Below, in pieces: positions 31,629-42,242 of a stretch of 64,000 bases of DNA. The notes beneath the pieces were generated by a model. The model was not told where the DNA came from. It worked only from the letters and a program-made list of their open reading frames with translations, and ran no database searches. This DNA is from Candidatus Bathyarchaeota archaeon (lineage in GTDB: Archaea; Thermoproteota; Bathyarchaeia; Bathyarchaeales; Bathycorpusculaceae). Position 1 is the first letter of the stretch. Each line of letters starts with the position of its first letter. Location: NCBI GenBank assembly GCA_963806535.1, contig CAWDYC010000003.1:320001-384000 (forward strand). Reading direction: 5' to 3'. The position numbers and the translations under genes are program-made.

Positions 31629-34600
31629 TTATTTTGTCTTTAGTTTTTGGGGGAGTTCAACGATAAATTTGGTTCCTTTATCCGGCTGGCTATCAAAGGT
31701 TATTTGACCGCTTAGTGCATCTACCAGTCGTTTGACAACGGCTAAGCCTAATCCTTGACCCTTCGATTTTGTAGTGAAGAGGGGCGTGAACATCTTAGTT
31801 TTTACTTCTTCTGGAATCCCAACACCGGTGTCTTCAACGCTAATTATTATTTTCTCTTTTTTCTTGTTGGCTTTAATGGTTAATTTACCTTCTTTTGGCA
31901 TCGCCTGAACAGCGTTAGTGATTAAGTTTGTCAGTATCCGCCTAAGGTAAGCTACATCGGTTTCAACTGCTTTTGAATTATCCTTAATCTCTGTTGTTAA
32001 CTCAATTCTTTTAGGAACGTTGATTGTTAAAATAATGCCTTCTGTCAATTCCGCTAGGTTTGCTTCCTGAATGCTCGGTCGCAATGGTCTTGTGTAGTCT
32101 TGCAAGTCGCTAACAATTTTATCAATATAAGTAAGATTCTCATTGACAGAATCTACGCTTTCAAGAATCGCTTGTTTGCTCTCACCTTCAGGCATTGTTT
32201 TGAGTTCTTCTTTTATCAGATACATATCTCCAGTTATAGCTTGAAGTGGATTGCGGATGTCATGGCCAACCATTCCTGCCGTTTGACCGATTGCTGCAAG
32301 ACGCTCGGAGTTCTTAAGTTGCTGTGCTCTTTGCTCAGCCAGCTCTTCCATTTGGCTAGCATATTCTTCAAGTAAAACAGCATTTTCTTCAAGTTTAACT
32401 TGAGCTTTAAAACGGGCTTCTTCAGTTTTCTTTAACTCATCAACGTCAATTGAATATACCCGTATTTTGCCCGTTTGGGAGACAAAATACATTTCTTCGC
32501 GATACCAGTGTTCAGCAACCTTTACTTCCCTTTTTAAAGAAATTATTTTATTATTCTCAAAATTCTTGACGATATTTTGCCAATCACAAAAGAAAGGATG
32601 CGCCTTACCTAAGAGCTCAAGATCCGGAAAGAGTATTCTTGTCGCAGGATTCGCGTAAATTATTCTACCATCAAAATCGACCTCAAAAACTGGGTTAGGA
32701 TTTAACGTCGGAAATGAGGCTAAACGCTCAATTTCTCTTTCAGCATTTTTACGCTCAGTAATGTTTCTGGCAACATGCACTGAACCAGTAACCCGTTCCT
32801 TATCATCTTTGATGGGAGTTGTGCTGACAATAAAGTCGCCTCCAAGACGAGGCTCATGAACTTCCGCAACATGTTCTTTGCCATCTTCCAAAGTTTTGGC
32901 GTGAGGACAAAATTCTGGAGGAACCGCTGTACCGTGGACGCATTCATAGCAGCTTAATCCAATCGCTTGTTGTGGGTTAACTCCCAGTTGTTTTGCCATG
33001 GCACGGTTAGCTCGTACGATTTTGTGCTTGTTATCTAGTATTGCTATGAAGTCTGGAATGGTGTCGAAGGTGCGTTCCCAATCATTTTTTGCTTCCCGAA
33101 GCTGCTGTTCAGCTTTTTTACCTTCAGTAATGTCTCGGTCAACCGATACATAACCTATTGATTCACCATTCTCATTGCGAAGCAAAATAACATGCGCTTC
33201 TATGTCCAAACTTCTTCTGTCTTTGGTTAACCTTATTGATTCGATTTCTGAATGCCCCTCTCTCGCCAGTCTGTTTAATAGTTCCTCCCGTTTTACGGTT
33301 GGGTAAGTGGGTTTAAGCAATTCAACGCTGGCTCTACCGAAGGCTTCTTCAGCGCTATATCCGTATAATCGCTCAGCTGATTTGTTCCAAAAAGTAACTT
33401 TCTGATCAAGATCGTAGCCGATAATAGCATCGTTCGCGTTGGCTATCATGAAAGCTTGCTGAGCAATCTTCTCCTCGCTCTTTTTCTTTTCTGAAATGTC
33501 TCGAAATACAAGAACCACACCTGAGACGTTGCCATCTTTGTCCTTTATGGGGGCTCCACTGTCATCAATTGGAACTTCACTTTTGTCTTTGCGAATCAAA
33601 ACCGTATGATTAGCCAGACCGATAATGAGACCCTTTTCAAGTACTTTAACAACTGGGTTTTCCACTTTATGCCTCGTCTTTTCGTTAACAATATTAAAAA
33701 TTCTCTCGATATGTCTGCCGTTAGCTTCGACGAGGGCCCAACCAGTCAATTTTTCTGCGACACCATTCATGAATGTAATCTTGCTTTTCGTATCCGTGGC
33801 TATTACAGCATCTCCGATACTCGATAAAGTAGTGGACCAGCGATGCTCACTTACTCTAAGAGCTTCCTCTGCCTTCTTGCGGCCAGTAATATTTTCAAAT
33901 ACGGCAACAAAGTAACCTTTTTGAGGGCTATAAACTGAAATTGAAAGCCACATTTGAAGCGGCTTAAAAAACACTTCAAAACGGTCTTCAATTCCAGTTA
34001 AAGCTACTCTTCCATAAATATCAAATATTTCTGGATTAGCTTTTAATGTTCCGGGAATAGCTTCGGATACTTTTTTTCCAACAACATTTTCTTTTTTCAA
34101 GCCCGTAATTTTTTCAAAAGCATCGTTAATTTCGAGGTAAACAAAATCAGAAGGTTTGCCTTTGCTGTCAAAAATCATTTGGCAGTAAGCGAGGCCGTCA
34201 ATCATGTTGGTAAACAATCGTCTGTATTTTTCTCTACTTTCTTCTAAAGCCCCTTCAGAGGTTTTACGTTCAGTTATATCTTCGAGAAGGGTGACAAAAT
34301 AGCCTTTTTCTGGACAGTAAGCAGAAATATGAAACCATTTACCAAGCGGTTTAGTGAAATCATCAAATTGAATTGATTCACAAGTCAGCGCGACCTTTCC
34401 GTAAACGCCAATCCATTTCGCCACATCATTCTCTAAGCCTTTAAAAACTTCGGTTGCTTTTTTGCGAATGATCTTCTTTTTCTTCAGTCCCGTCATCTGT
34501 TCAAAAGCATCGTTCACTTCCAAAAAAATGTAATCAATAGGCTTACCTGCGGGGTCAACTATGATTTTGTTGTAGGAAAAGCCATCCATCATGTTTTTAA

Positions 34601-34673
34601 AAAACATGTTAAACTGTTTTTGATCTGTACCAATGGCTTTACACCATGCTTTTGCCAAAACGTCGCCAGACAA
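31629..34673 (-). CDS. Soluble multi-PAS sensor histidine kinase
   Basis: About six PAS/PAC repeats; H-box GHDIRNPL, NLITNA, DTGVG, FTTK.KGQGLGL. Confidence 0.93.
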   Translation of the reverse strand: MSGDVLAKAWCKAIGTDQKQFNMFFKNMMDGFSYNKIIVDPAGKPIDYIFLEVNDAFEQMTGLKKKKIIRKKATEVFKGLENDVAKWIGVYGKVALTCESIQFDDFTKPLGKWFHISAYCPEKGYFVTLLEDITERKTSEGALEESREKYRRLFTNMIDGLAYCQMIFDSKGKPSDFVYLEINDAFEKITGLKKENVVGKKVSEAIPGTLKANPEIFDIYGRVALTGIEDRFEVFFKPLQMWLSISVYSPQKGYFVAVFENITGRKKAEEALRVSEHRWSTTLSSIGDAVIATDTKSKITFMNGVAEKLTGWALVEANGRHIERIFNIVNEKTRHKVENPVVKVLEKGLIIGLANHTVLIRKDKSEVPIDDSGAPIKDKDGNVSGVVLVFRDISEKKKSEEKIAQQAFMIANANDAIIGYDLDQKVTFWNKSAERLYGYSAEEAFGRASVELLKPTYPTVKREELLNRLAREGHSEIESIRLTKDRRSLDIEAHVILLRNENGESIGYVSVDRDITEGKKAEQQLREAKNDWERTFDTIPDFIAILDNKHKIVRANRAMAKQLGVNPQQAIGLSCYECVHGTAVPPEFCPHAKTLEDGKEHVAEVHEPRLGGDFIVSTTPIKDDKERVTGSVHVARNITERKNAEREIERLASFPTLNPNPVFEVDFDGRIIYANPATRILFPDLELLGKAHPFFCDWQNIVKNFENNKIISLKREVKVAEHWYREEMYFVSQTGKIRVYSIDVDELKKTEEARFKAQVKLEENAVLLEEYASQMEELAEQRAQQLKNSERLAAIGQTAGMVGHDIRNPLQAITGDMYLIKEELKTMPEGESKQAILESVDSVNENLTYIDKIVSDLQDYTRPLRPSIQEANLAELTEGIILTINVPKRIELTTEIKDNSKAVETDVAYLRRILTNLITNAVQAMPKEGKLTIKANKKKEKIIISVEDTGVGIPEEVKTKMFTPLFTTKSKGQGLGLAVVKRLVDALSGQITFDSQPDKGTKFIVELPQKLKTK

Positions 34674-34821
34674 ATTTTCATCACGTTTATAATAGAAATT
34701 TCTTCTTCAAGCGGATATAAAAATACTTCATCAATAGGACTTTAAATTTAAAGTTAAGAAAATATGTTTAGATAATTCTTAAATCGTTAAACTGCATCAC
34801 AGACAAGGTAGGTGTAAAAAA

Positions 34822-35751
34822 ATGGCACAACCACCAAGTTTCAAAACAGTTTTCGTTTTCTTAGACACAGACAAATATTGCAGTCCATTTGACATGCTAG
34901 TAGCAATAGATGCTTTCCCAGATTCAACGATATTCAAGTATGAAAATGTCACCAGTGAAGATGCCCCAAAAATTGTCTATGACATGCTTTTTCCTAGAGG
35001 ACCCGAAGGAGCCAAACATACCAAAGTCTTCATCAACGGCAGCAACTTTGAAATGGTCGAAAAAGTTGTAGAAGCAACACAGAAAGCCATGAAGTCAGCC
35101 CCATGGGGAAACAGCATAATTGTTGACCCACGAGGAGGATACTCAACCGCCGCAGCAGCTGTAGCAAAAACCTTCGGAGCAGCGATGGAGAAAGGTTTCG
35201 GCACACTAGAAGGCAAAAAAGTCACCGTTTTGGCAGGCACTGGCCCAGTTGGACAAACCGCCGCAAGAATCTACGCAGCAGAAAAAGCAATTGTAACTAT
35301 CACCAGCCGCTCAACGGCTAAAGGACAAGCTGTCGCTGACAAGATAAATCAGGAAGTCGGCGCTCAAAGAGTCAAAGTCGTTGAAGTCACAAAACCAGAA
35401 CAAACAGCCGATGCAGTTAAAGATGCAGAAATTGTGCTTTCAGCTGGTGCAGGCGGAATACAACTGTTGTCAAAGGCGCAAATTGGTGCTTCCTGCAAAA
35501 TTGTCGCAGACATCAACGCAATTAGGCCACTTGGCGTTGAAGGGTTGGGATCAAATGACGATGGCACAGAAATCACTCCAGGTGTTTACGGAATCGGTGC
35601 ATTGGCAATCGGCAAACTTAAAATTAAGACTGAAACTGAAATGATTAAACGTGCAACCGCTGAGCCGCAGGGACTATTTGACTTCTCAATTGCATACATA
35701 ATCGCTAAAGATGCGATATTAAAGAAACTCGCTAAGGCAGCTGCCAAATAG
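34822..35751 (+). CDS. NAD(P)-dependent methylene-H4MPT dehydrogenase (MtdA/MtdB family)
   Basis: SPFD..VAIDA, FPRGP, DP.GG.STAAA, GTGPVG, ADINA..P.G, GALAIG.LK. Confidence 0.85.
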   Translation: MAQPPSFKTVFVFLDTDKYCSPFDMLVAIDAFPDSTIFKYENVTSEDAPKIVYDMLFPRGPEGAKHTKVFINGSNFEMVEKVVEATQKAMKSAPWGNSIIVDPRGGYSTAAAAVAKTFGAAMEKGFGTLEGKKVTVLAGTGPVGQTAARIYAAEKAIVTITSRSTAKGQAVADKINQEVGAQRVKVVEVTKPEQTADAVKDAEIVLSAGAGGIQLLSKAQIGASCKIVADINAIRPLGVEGLGSNDDGTEITPGVYGIGALAIGKLKIKTETEMIKRATAEPQGLFDFSIAYIIAKDAILKKLAKAAAK

Positions 35752-35897
35752 ACAGCTCAACCTAACTTTTCTTTTTTGCCAGATTTCTAAAATAGCCTAA
35801 CTCAATCTAACCTCAGACAAGAAAATCAGCACAAAACAGCGTTACCCTGCAACGACATATAGCACAAAGCTAATCCTTGTCCGTTAAACCTAAAAAA

Positions 35898-36439
35898 GTG
35901 AAGTACTCGCCTCTTCCGAGGCGAGCATCCACATCTAATTTTTGTTGATATATTCTTCTATTTTCGCACTAGTAACAACGCCTGCAGTCCTTACAGCATA
36001 ACCCTCAGACCACAAATGCCCACCCCAAAGCTGCAACCTAATTTCAGGAAACTCCTCAAACAGCAGTTTAGAAGAATTACACTTCAAAACACGCACCATC
36101 TCAGGTATACAAAGCTTTGGACGAGCAGAAACAAACACATGAATATGATCGCCATGATGAACTTTAGCAGCTAGCAGTTGAAAGCCGTGATTAGTAGCAA
36201 TCGTTTTAAGTACTTCCTCCAATCTAACCTCAACTGAGCCCAAAAGTACCTTGCGCCGGTATTTAGTGGCCCAGATAAGGTGGTAGTTGGCTTGGTAGGC
36301 ACATGATCTTGCTTTCTCCAGGTCTCTCACCTCCTTATCTAATGGTGACAGACCTATCGTTTGGTAGAACTAATAGAATACTGCGGGTTAGACGCATTCA
36401 TCCTGCCGCTAACGCGGCAGGTATTCTGCTAGGTTTTTT
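35898..36439 (-). mobile_element. IS200/IS605-family element, tnpA only
   Basis: Subterminal hairpins CTCGCCTC-TTCC-GAGGCGAG (35906-35925) and CCTGCCGC-TAAC-GCGGCAGG (36402-36421); minus strand ends in TTCAC; TTAT just outside the left end; ends approximate. Confidence 0.85.
35935..36330 (-). CDS. tnpA: Y1 HUH transposase TnpA
   Basis: YHLIWATKYRR, DHIH, LW..GY, EEYI. Confidence 0.95.
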   Translation of the reverse strand: MRDLEKARSCAYQANYHLIWATKYRRKVLLGSVEVRLEEVLKTIATNHGFQLLAAKVHHGDHIHVFVSARPKLCIPEMVRVLKCNSSKLLFEEFPEIRLQLWGGHLWSEGYAVRTAGVVTSAKIEEYINKN

Positions 36440-36451
36440 ATAAAAAAATTA

Positions 36452-36847
36452 TTATTTATACCATCTTTTCTTCTTACTCTGTTTTTCAGCCGCATCATTT
36501 GCCTCTGCTATAATAACAACATCTTTAAAAGTTGTTGGTTTGTTTGTTGCTTTAAGCACCATTTTTCCTCTCCAGCCGCATTCGCCGCATTCAAACGTTG
36601 GTGGGGTAAAACCTATGTGAGCTGACGTGTCTCCACCCATGTTGCCAACTTGACGAACAAAGGGGCTCTTGCATTTAGGACAAACTTGAATGTCTACATA
36701 TTTTTTCTCTTTTTCTAGCTCTTCCAGCCTTTCAACCAACTCTGGCAAAACTTCGCTTTGAACTTCTTCACTTTCTAAAAGAAGCGTTCGCTGCTTTTTC
36801 TTTTTCTTCTTTTTTTGTTCTTGCGACATCTGAAAGACACTAGACAA
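36452..36847 (-). CDS. Small Zn-ribbon protein
   Basis: CPKC...CGECGW; start uncertain. Confidence 0.65.
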   Translation of the reverse strand: MSSVFQMSQEQKKKKKKKQRTLLLESEEVQSEVLPELVERLEELEKEKKYVDIQVCPKCKSPFVRQVGNMGGDTSAHIGFTPPTFECGECGWRGKMVLKATNKPTTFKDVVIIAEANDAAEKQSKKKRWYK

Positions 36848-36998
36848 ACAATTTGCTTCTATCGAATTAAAACTTTGGGAAAAAATCTATATTGTTTACT
36901 GAGAATGAAAAAAATGATGACTTATCCGACTTAACGCACATGCACGCCTTTAATCAATTATTTTTGATCAAAAAAATAAGATTCGTTTTAGAAAAAGA

Positions 36999-38160
36999 TT
37001 AGATTGCGCCGGCGATTCTGTCGCAGGCTTCAATTATTCGTTCTTTCGGCTGAGTAAACGTTATTCTTGCATAACCTTCGCCGAAATTTCCAAATCCAAT
37101 TCCCGGAGTCACTGCCACGCCAACATCTAGTAGTTTGGTTGTGAATTTCATTGAGCCGCCTTTGCAGTTAACCCAGACATAAAATGTTGCTTTGGGTTTG
37201 TCGCATTTGTAGCCGATTTTGCAAAGGGTTTCAACGAGAAGATCGCGGCGTTCTTGGAGGATTTGGTTGTTCTTCTTAAGGAATTCTGGCGGCTCACCGC
37301 TTGTGTAGGCAGCCAATGCTTTAACGGTTACTTTCTGTATATAAACAGGTGGTCCGGAGTCAATTTGTGACTTAATTTTAGTTAAGCCATTGACAAGTTG
37401 TTTGTTACCTACAGCAAAGCCGATTCGGTCACCCGTCATATTGAAGGTTTTTGAAAGCGAATTGAACTCAACAGCTACGTCCATTGCGCCATCAACCTCC
37501 AAAATGCTTGGCGCTCGATAGCCGTCGTAGGTGATTTCAGAGTATGCGTTGTCATAGCAAAGAATGATTTTGTTATCTTTGGCGAAGTCAACCGCTTCTT
37601 TGAGAAACGCCTTGTCGACAGTTGCCGCCGTTGGATTATTGGGGTAATTCAGAAACATCATTTTGACGCCTTTCGGACTTACAACTTCAAAATCGGGTTT
37701 GAATTCGTTTTCTTCTAAGAAGAGGCATTGGGTCTGCTATACCATCGCTGAGGATTGTGCTACCGTTAGCGTAAACTGGGTATGCAGGGTCTGGTATGAG
37801 TACCCGGTCTCCTGGGTTTATGAAAGCTCGGGCGATGTTTGCTAAGCCTTCTTTGGAGCCAAGAAGTGCAACCACTTGGTCATGCTCCAAATCAACATTG
37901 AAGCGGTTCTTGTACCAGCATGCAACTGCTTCGCGGAAGTCTGGTTCGCCTTGACTGAAAGAGTAATTATGATTCTTTATGCTAGATACCTCTTCTTTGA
38001 GCGCGTCCAATACAAATTGAGGCGGCGGAAGGTCGGGATCACCGATGCTAAGTGAAATCAAATCGATGCCTTGCGCCTTCTTTTCTTTAATGATCTTCTC
38101 AATCTCAGCGAATAAGTATGGCGGTAACCGTTTTATTCTTTCAGCATATTCAAAAGTCAA
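36999..38160 (-). CDS. dapL: LL-diaminopimelate aminotransferase (class I/II PLP), split by +1 frameshift near 37720
   Basis: LPPYLF, IGDPD, GSKEG, then NYPNNPT, DNAY, SLSKTFNMTG.RIG; located in the dap operon. Confidence 0.88.
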
Positions 38161-38162
38161 AT

Positions 38163-38996
38163 CTATTCCCCTCCAAATAATGTTCCTTCAAAAATTTTTT
38201 CGGCAGCTCCGCGTAAAAACAAACTGTCAGCCACTTCAACCTGCAATTCGCCCCCGAACACATGAACCGTAACTTTGTTTCCAACCTTTCCAAGCTTGTT
38301 TGCGGTAGCCACCGCAGCGCAGGTTCCTGTACCACAAGCTAAAGTTTCTCCGCAACCTCGCTCCCAAACACGAACCTTCAACTCATTTTGATTCAGGAGC
38401 TGAACAAAACCAACATTGGTTCTTTTCGGAAAAGCTTTATGATTCTCGATTTTTGGGCCTATCTGCTCCACAGGAAAATTGTCTACATCATCAACAAATA
38501 GTACGCAGTGTGGGTTACCCATTGAAAGACAAGTAACTTTGAAGGTTTCATTGTTAACGCTCAAGTTTTCGTTAATACATATTCCTTTGCCAACCATGGG
38601 AAGGGAACTTCTTTCCCAGTTTGGGGAGCCCATATCTACTTTGACAGCCGTGACTTCTTTACCGTTTAAGGCTAACCAAACATGTTTTAAGCCCGACATT
38701 GTCTCAACAGTGAAGTCTTGCTTGGAAACGATGCAGTTTTCGTAGCAGTACTTGGCAAAGCAGCGTATTCCGTTTCCGCACATTTCAGCTTCGCTACCGT
38801 CGGCATTGAAAATCCTCATTTTAGCCTTAGCAATTTTTGAGTTAGAAACTAGTAATAGTCCGTCTGCACCAATTGAAAAACGGCGTTCACAAAGCCTCTT
38901 AGCCAAATCTGAAGCCTGCTTACCACTAATTTTTTCGTCTCTGTTGTCGATTAATATGTAGTCGTTGCCTAAACCATGCATTTTCCAGAAGCGCAT
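38163..38996 (-). CDS. dapF: Diaminopimelate epimerase
   Basis: KMHGLGND, EMCGNGIRC, MGNPH, WERGCGETLACGTG. Confidence 0.97.
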   Translation of the reverse strand: MRFWKMHGLGNDYILIDNRDEKISGKQASDLAKRLCERRFSIGADGLLLVSNSKIAKAKMRIFNADGSEAEMCGNGIRCFAKYCYENCIVSKQDFTVETMSGLKHVWLALNGKEVTAVKVDMGSPNWERSSLPMVGKGICINENLSVNNETFKVTCLSMGNPHCVLFVDDVDNFPVEQIGPKIENHKAFPKRTNVGFVQLLNQNELKVRVWERGCGETLACGTGTCAAVATANKLGKVGNKVTVHVFGGELQVEVADSLFLRGAAEKIFEGTLFGGE

Positions 38997-39000
38997 AAGG

Positions 39001-40287
39001 TCACTCTGCCATTTTTTGATTTGCTGTTAAGTTATCAAGTTGTTCCCGCTCTCGAATCATAAATGATTTGCCTTGCCTAATCAGGACTTCTGCGGCTCTG
39101 GGTCTTGCATTATACTGTGAACTCATGCTGAAACCGTATGCTCCCGCGTTCAAAACTGCCAGCAAATCGCCTTCCTCAATCACAGGCAACTCTCGGTCTT
39201 TGGCTAGGGCGTCTCCTGACTCGCAGATTGGACCCACAACATCGTAAGTTTCCTTGCCTGCCGCTCCAAGCTTATTTGCAACTAAGACTGGATGATAGGA
39301 ACCATACATTGTTGGTCTAACCAAAGTGTTGAAGCCTGCATCCACACCCACGAAATTTTTTGAAGGCGTCACTTTGACAGTGTTAACCGTTGTCAACAGA
39401 ATGCTTGCATCAGAAACAAGGTATCTTCCTGGTTCAATATACAAAAACGGTTTGCCAAGACCATATTCAGCAACCTTAGCCTTAAATGGCCCCACCACTT
39501 TGGAAGCAAACTCTGACAAATCAAATTCTTTATCCTCTGGATTGTAAGGAACCCCAAACCCTCCGCCGATATCGATGAATTCGAAATCTATGCCTACTTC
39601 ATCATGAACACGCTTGGCAATATTGAGAAGTTTCTCCACGGCCAACACGTAGGGCTCTACTTCAAGTATCCCAGAGCCAATGTGCATGTGAATACCGAAG
39701 CGTTCCACTCTTGCCCTCTTAGCAATCGCGTAAGCTTGAATTGTTTCTTCTTCCCAAAGACCAAATTTTGAGTCGGGACCAGCTGTAATGCAGTAGCTGT
39801 GGTGGCCTGCTCCGATTTCGGGGTTAACACGCACTGACAGAACAAGTGGTACAGTAATTTTTAAGAGGCGATCTAACTCCGACTGTGAATCCACGTTAAC
39901 GGTAATGTTTGCATCTGCAAGAAATTTTAATTCATCGTTTCTAACGCTGGTACCAGTGAATAATAGGCGGTCGGGAGTGTATCCGCTGATTAAGCCCATG
40001 TATACTTCTCCTGGGCTGACGGTGTCTAAGTATGCCCCTTGCGATTGTAAAATCTTTAGCACTGTGAGGTTAGAGTTGGCTTTTGCAGCGTAATATATTC
40101 TCAAATATTTGTAATTGCGGATTAAAGCATCCTGAATCCGATTATAATTATCTCTAATGCGTTTCTCGCTTATCACGTACAATGGCGTATCGTACTTTTG
40201 AGCTAATTCCTTAACTGAACAGCCATCAAAAAACAAGCAGCCTTTTCGGTCCTCTAAAGGGTCACGAAGCTTTCTAGATTTAACCAC
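39001..40287 (-). CDS. lysA: Diaminopimelate decarboxylase
   Basis: YAAKAN, HMHIGS, DIGGG, EPGR, GPICESGD, GAYG. Confidence 0.96.
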   Translation of the reverse strand: MVKSRKLRDPLEDRKGCLFFDGCSVKELAQKYDTPLYVISEKRIRDNYNRIQDALIRNYKYLRIYYAAKANSNLTVLKILQSQGAYLDTVSPGEVYMGLISGYTPDRLLFTGTSVRNDELKFLADANITVNVDSQSELDRLLKITVPLVLSVRVNPEIGAGHHSYCITAGPDSKFGLWEEETIQAYAIAKRARVERFGIHMHIGSGILEVEPYVLAVEKLLNIAKRVHDEVGIDFEFIDIGGGFGVPYNPEDKEFDLSEFASKVVGPFKAKVAEYGLGKPFLYIEPGRYLVSDASILLTTVNTVKVTPSKNFVGVDAGFNTLVRPTMYGSYHPVLVANKLGAAGKETYDVVGPICESGDALAKDRELPVIEEGDLLAVLNAGAYGFSMSSQYNARPRAAEVLIRQGKSFMIREREQLDNLTANQKMAE

Positions 40288-40321
40288 TTTTTACACCCGC
40301 ATTACTGCAATTATAAACGTT

Positions 40322-41380
40322 TCAAGCTAGACCTTTAGCTACAAAGAGCTCAGCGCTTAAAACGCCTGCGCCTGCACCGCCACGAATAGTATTGTGCCCA
40401 AGACACATGTATTTGAAAGTCATTATCGGATCCTTACGTATTCTGCCGACCACAACACTCATGCCACAACCGGTATCGCGATCAAATCGAGGTTGAGGCC
40501 TATTCTCCTCATGTCGAACTACAATCGGGTGAGCTGGGGCAGAAGGCAACTTGAGTTTTTGCGGTTCGCCGCGGAAGTTGGCAAATGCATTTTCTATTTC
40601 CTTTAACGATGGGTCTTCAGTTAGTTTTATGAAAACTGATTCCAAATGTCCGTCTTTAACATGAACTCTGTTGCAGCTTGCACTGAGCTTGAAATCAGCA
40701 TTCTGCACAATTTTGCCATTGAAACTGCCAAGTATTTTTAGTGCTTCAGCTTCCATTTTCTCTTCTTCCCCGGAGATGAAAGGAACAACATTATCAATTA
40801 TATCAAGCGAAGCAACACCGGGATATCCGGCTCCACTAAGCGCCTGCATTGTCGAAACAATAATTTCCTTTAAACCGAATTGCATCAAAGGCTTAAGAGA
40901 AATTGCAAGCTGAATGGTGCTGCAATTTGGATCTGTAGTAATGAAGCCTTTCCAACCGCGAAGTTTCTGCTGAACCTTTATCAACTCAGCATGATCCGCG
41001 TTTATTTCAGGAATAATTAATGGAACATCTTTTTCCATTCGATGAGCACTTGCTTTACTAAAGACTGGAAAAAGCGCTGCAAATTCAGATTCAACTGGAC
41101 CTGCCAAATCACCTGGCAACGAAGAAAAAACTAAATCAACGTCGCCTGCCTTCTCAACTGACTCAACATCAGCGTTTGCCACGGGCATTTCAGCAATTTC
41201 TTTAGGCAAATTTGACTCCATTACCCAGTTGCAAGCGTCTCTATATTTTTTTCCTGCTGACCGCTCTGAAGCAGCAAGCACCTCAATTTGGAACCATGGA
41301 TGCCCCTGCAAGAGTTGAATGTACCGTTGTCCAACGGCGCCAGTTGCTCCTAATATTGCAACTTTGCGTTTCATCGTCAT
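40322..41380 (-). CDS. asd: Aspartate-semialdehyde dehydrogenase
   Basis: [28 protein letters not shown]. Confidence 0.96.
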   Translation of the reverse strand: MTMKRKVAILGATGAVGQRYIQLLQGHPWFQIEVLAASERSAGKKYRDACNWVMESNLPKEIAEMPVANADVESVEKAGDVDLVFSSLPGDLAGPVESEFAALFPVFSKASAHRMEKDVPLIIPEINADHAELIKVQQKLRGWKGFITTDPNCSTIQLAISLKPLMQFGLKEIIVSTMQALSGAGYPGVASLDIIDNVVPFISGEEEKMEAEALKILGSFNGKIVQNADFKLSASCNRVHVKDGHLESVFIKLTEDPSLKEIENAFANFRGEPQKLKLPSAPAHPIVVRHEENRPQPRFDRDTGCGMSVVVGRIRKDPIMTFKYMCLGHNTIRGGAGAGVLSAELFVAKGLA

Positions 41381-41447
41381 GTTTTGTTTCTTCCTGCTCT
41401 TTTGACTTAGTTATCGCCGATAAAAAAGTTAATGGTTGATTTACGCT

Positions 41448-42242
41448 TTAAGATAACCCTAAAACATCCGCCATGCTGAATATTTTAGGCTCATTTTGTT
41501 TACTTAACCATTCAGCCGCGAAAACTGCACCTTGCGCAAACACGTTACGTGAGAATGCAGTGTGCTCTATTCGCAGCATCTCATATTGTCCCGCAACGAT
41601 TAAATCATGTACTCCGGGTACGCCACCAACGCGCAATGCCGTGATTTCAAGTTCTCCAGCTTGACGGGGACTTATACCTTCTCTTCCAGAAACAACTTTA
41701 CTGTACCCACGAGCGTTAGCTACAATTTCGCCTAGTTTCTTTGCGGTGCCACTTGGCGCGTCCTTTTTGCCTGTGTGATGAATTTCGTTTATGCTGAAGT
41801 CAAATCCTGAAGGAAAAGCTTTCAAAGATTCAGCTAGCTTAAACATTATGTTAACACCTACTGAGTAGTTTGGCGAGAACACAGCCGGAACTTTGCCCAT
41901 CATTGCAGCCACAACTTGATGGTTTTGCTCTGGTGTGAATCCAGTTGTGCCTAAAATTATTCGTTTTCCAAGGTTAGCAACTATTGGTATGTTAATTAAT
42001 TCAGCAGCAGGCACTGTGAAGCTAATGAAGGTGTCTGCATCGTGGAGGACTTCATCTAGTCGGTTCGAACTTAAGATTTGCGTTTCAGAATTGGTTATGC
42101 CGAGTTCGCGCAGAGTTTTGCCTATGTTAGGATTGTTTGGAGCTTCTAATGCACCAACGATTTGATGCCTTTTCGCTGTTGCTTCAGCTATGATTGCGTT
42201 ACCCATTCTGCCTGTAGCGCCTGCAACACACAACTTAAGCAT
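41448..42242 (-). CDS. dapB: 4-hydroxy-tetrahydrodipicolinate reductase
   Basis: GATGRMG, GTTG, EIHH..KKDAPSGTA. Confidence 0.96.
   Translation of the reverse strand: MLKLCVAGATGRMGNAIIAEATAKRHQIVGALEAPNNPNIGKTLRELGITNSETQILSSNRLDEVLHDADTFISFTVPAAELINIPIVANLGKRIILGTTGFTPEQNHQVVAAMMGKVPAVFSPNYSVGVNIMFKLAESLKAFPSGFDFSINEIHHTGKKDAPSGTAKKLGEIVANARGYSKVVSGREGISPRQAGELEITALRVGGVPGVHDLIVAGQYEMLRIEHTAFSRNVFAQGAVFAAEWLSKQNEPKIFSMADVLGLS

Noticed and set aside
36905-36970. C/D box sRNA (ATGATGA at 36914)
   Set aside because: No correctly spaced CTGA D box or terminal stem.
26955-37725. Programmed frameshifting in rtcB and dapL
   Set aside because: No slippery heptamer or stimulatory structure; single extra bases look like sequencing or assembly indels.
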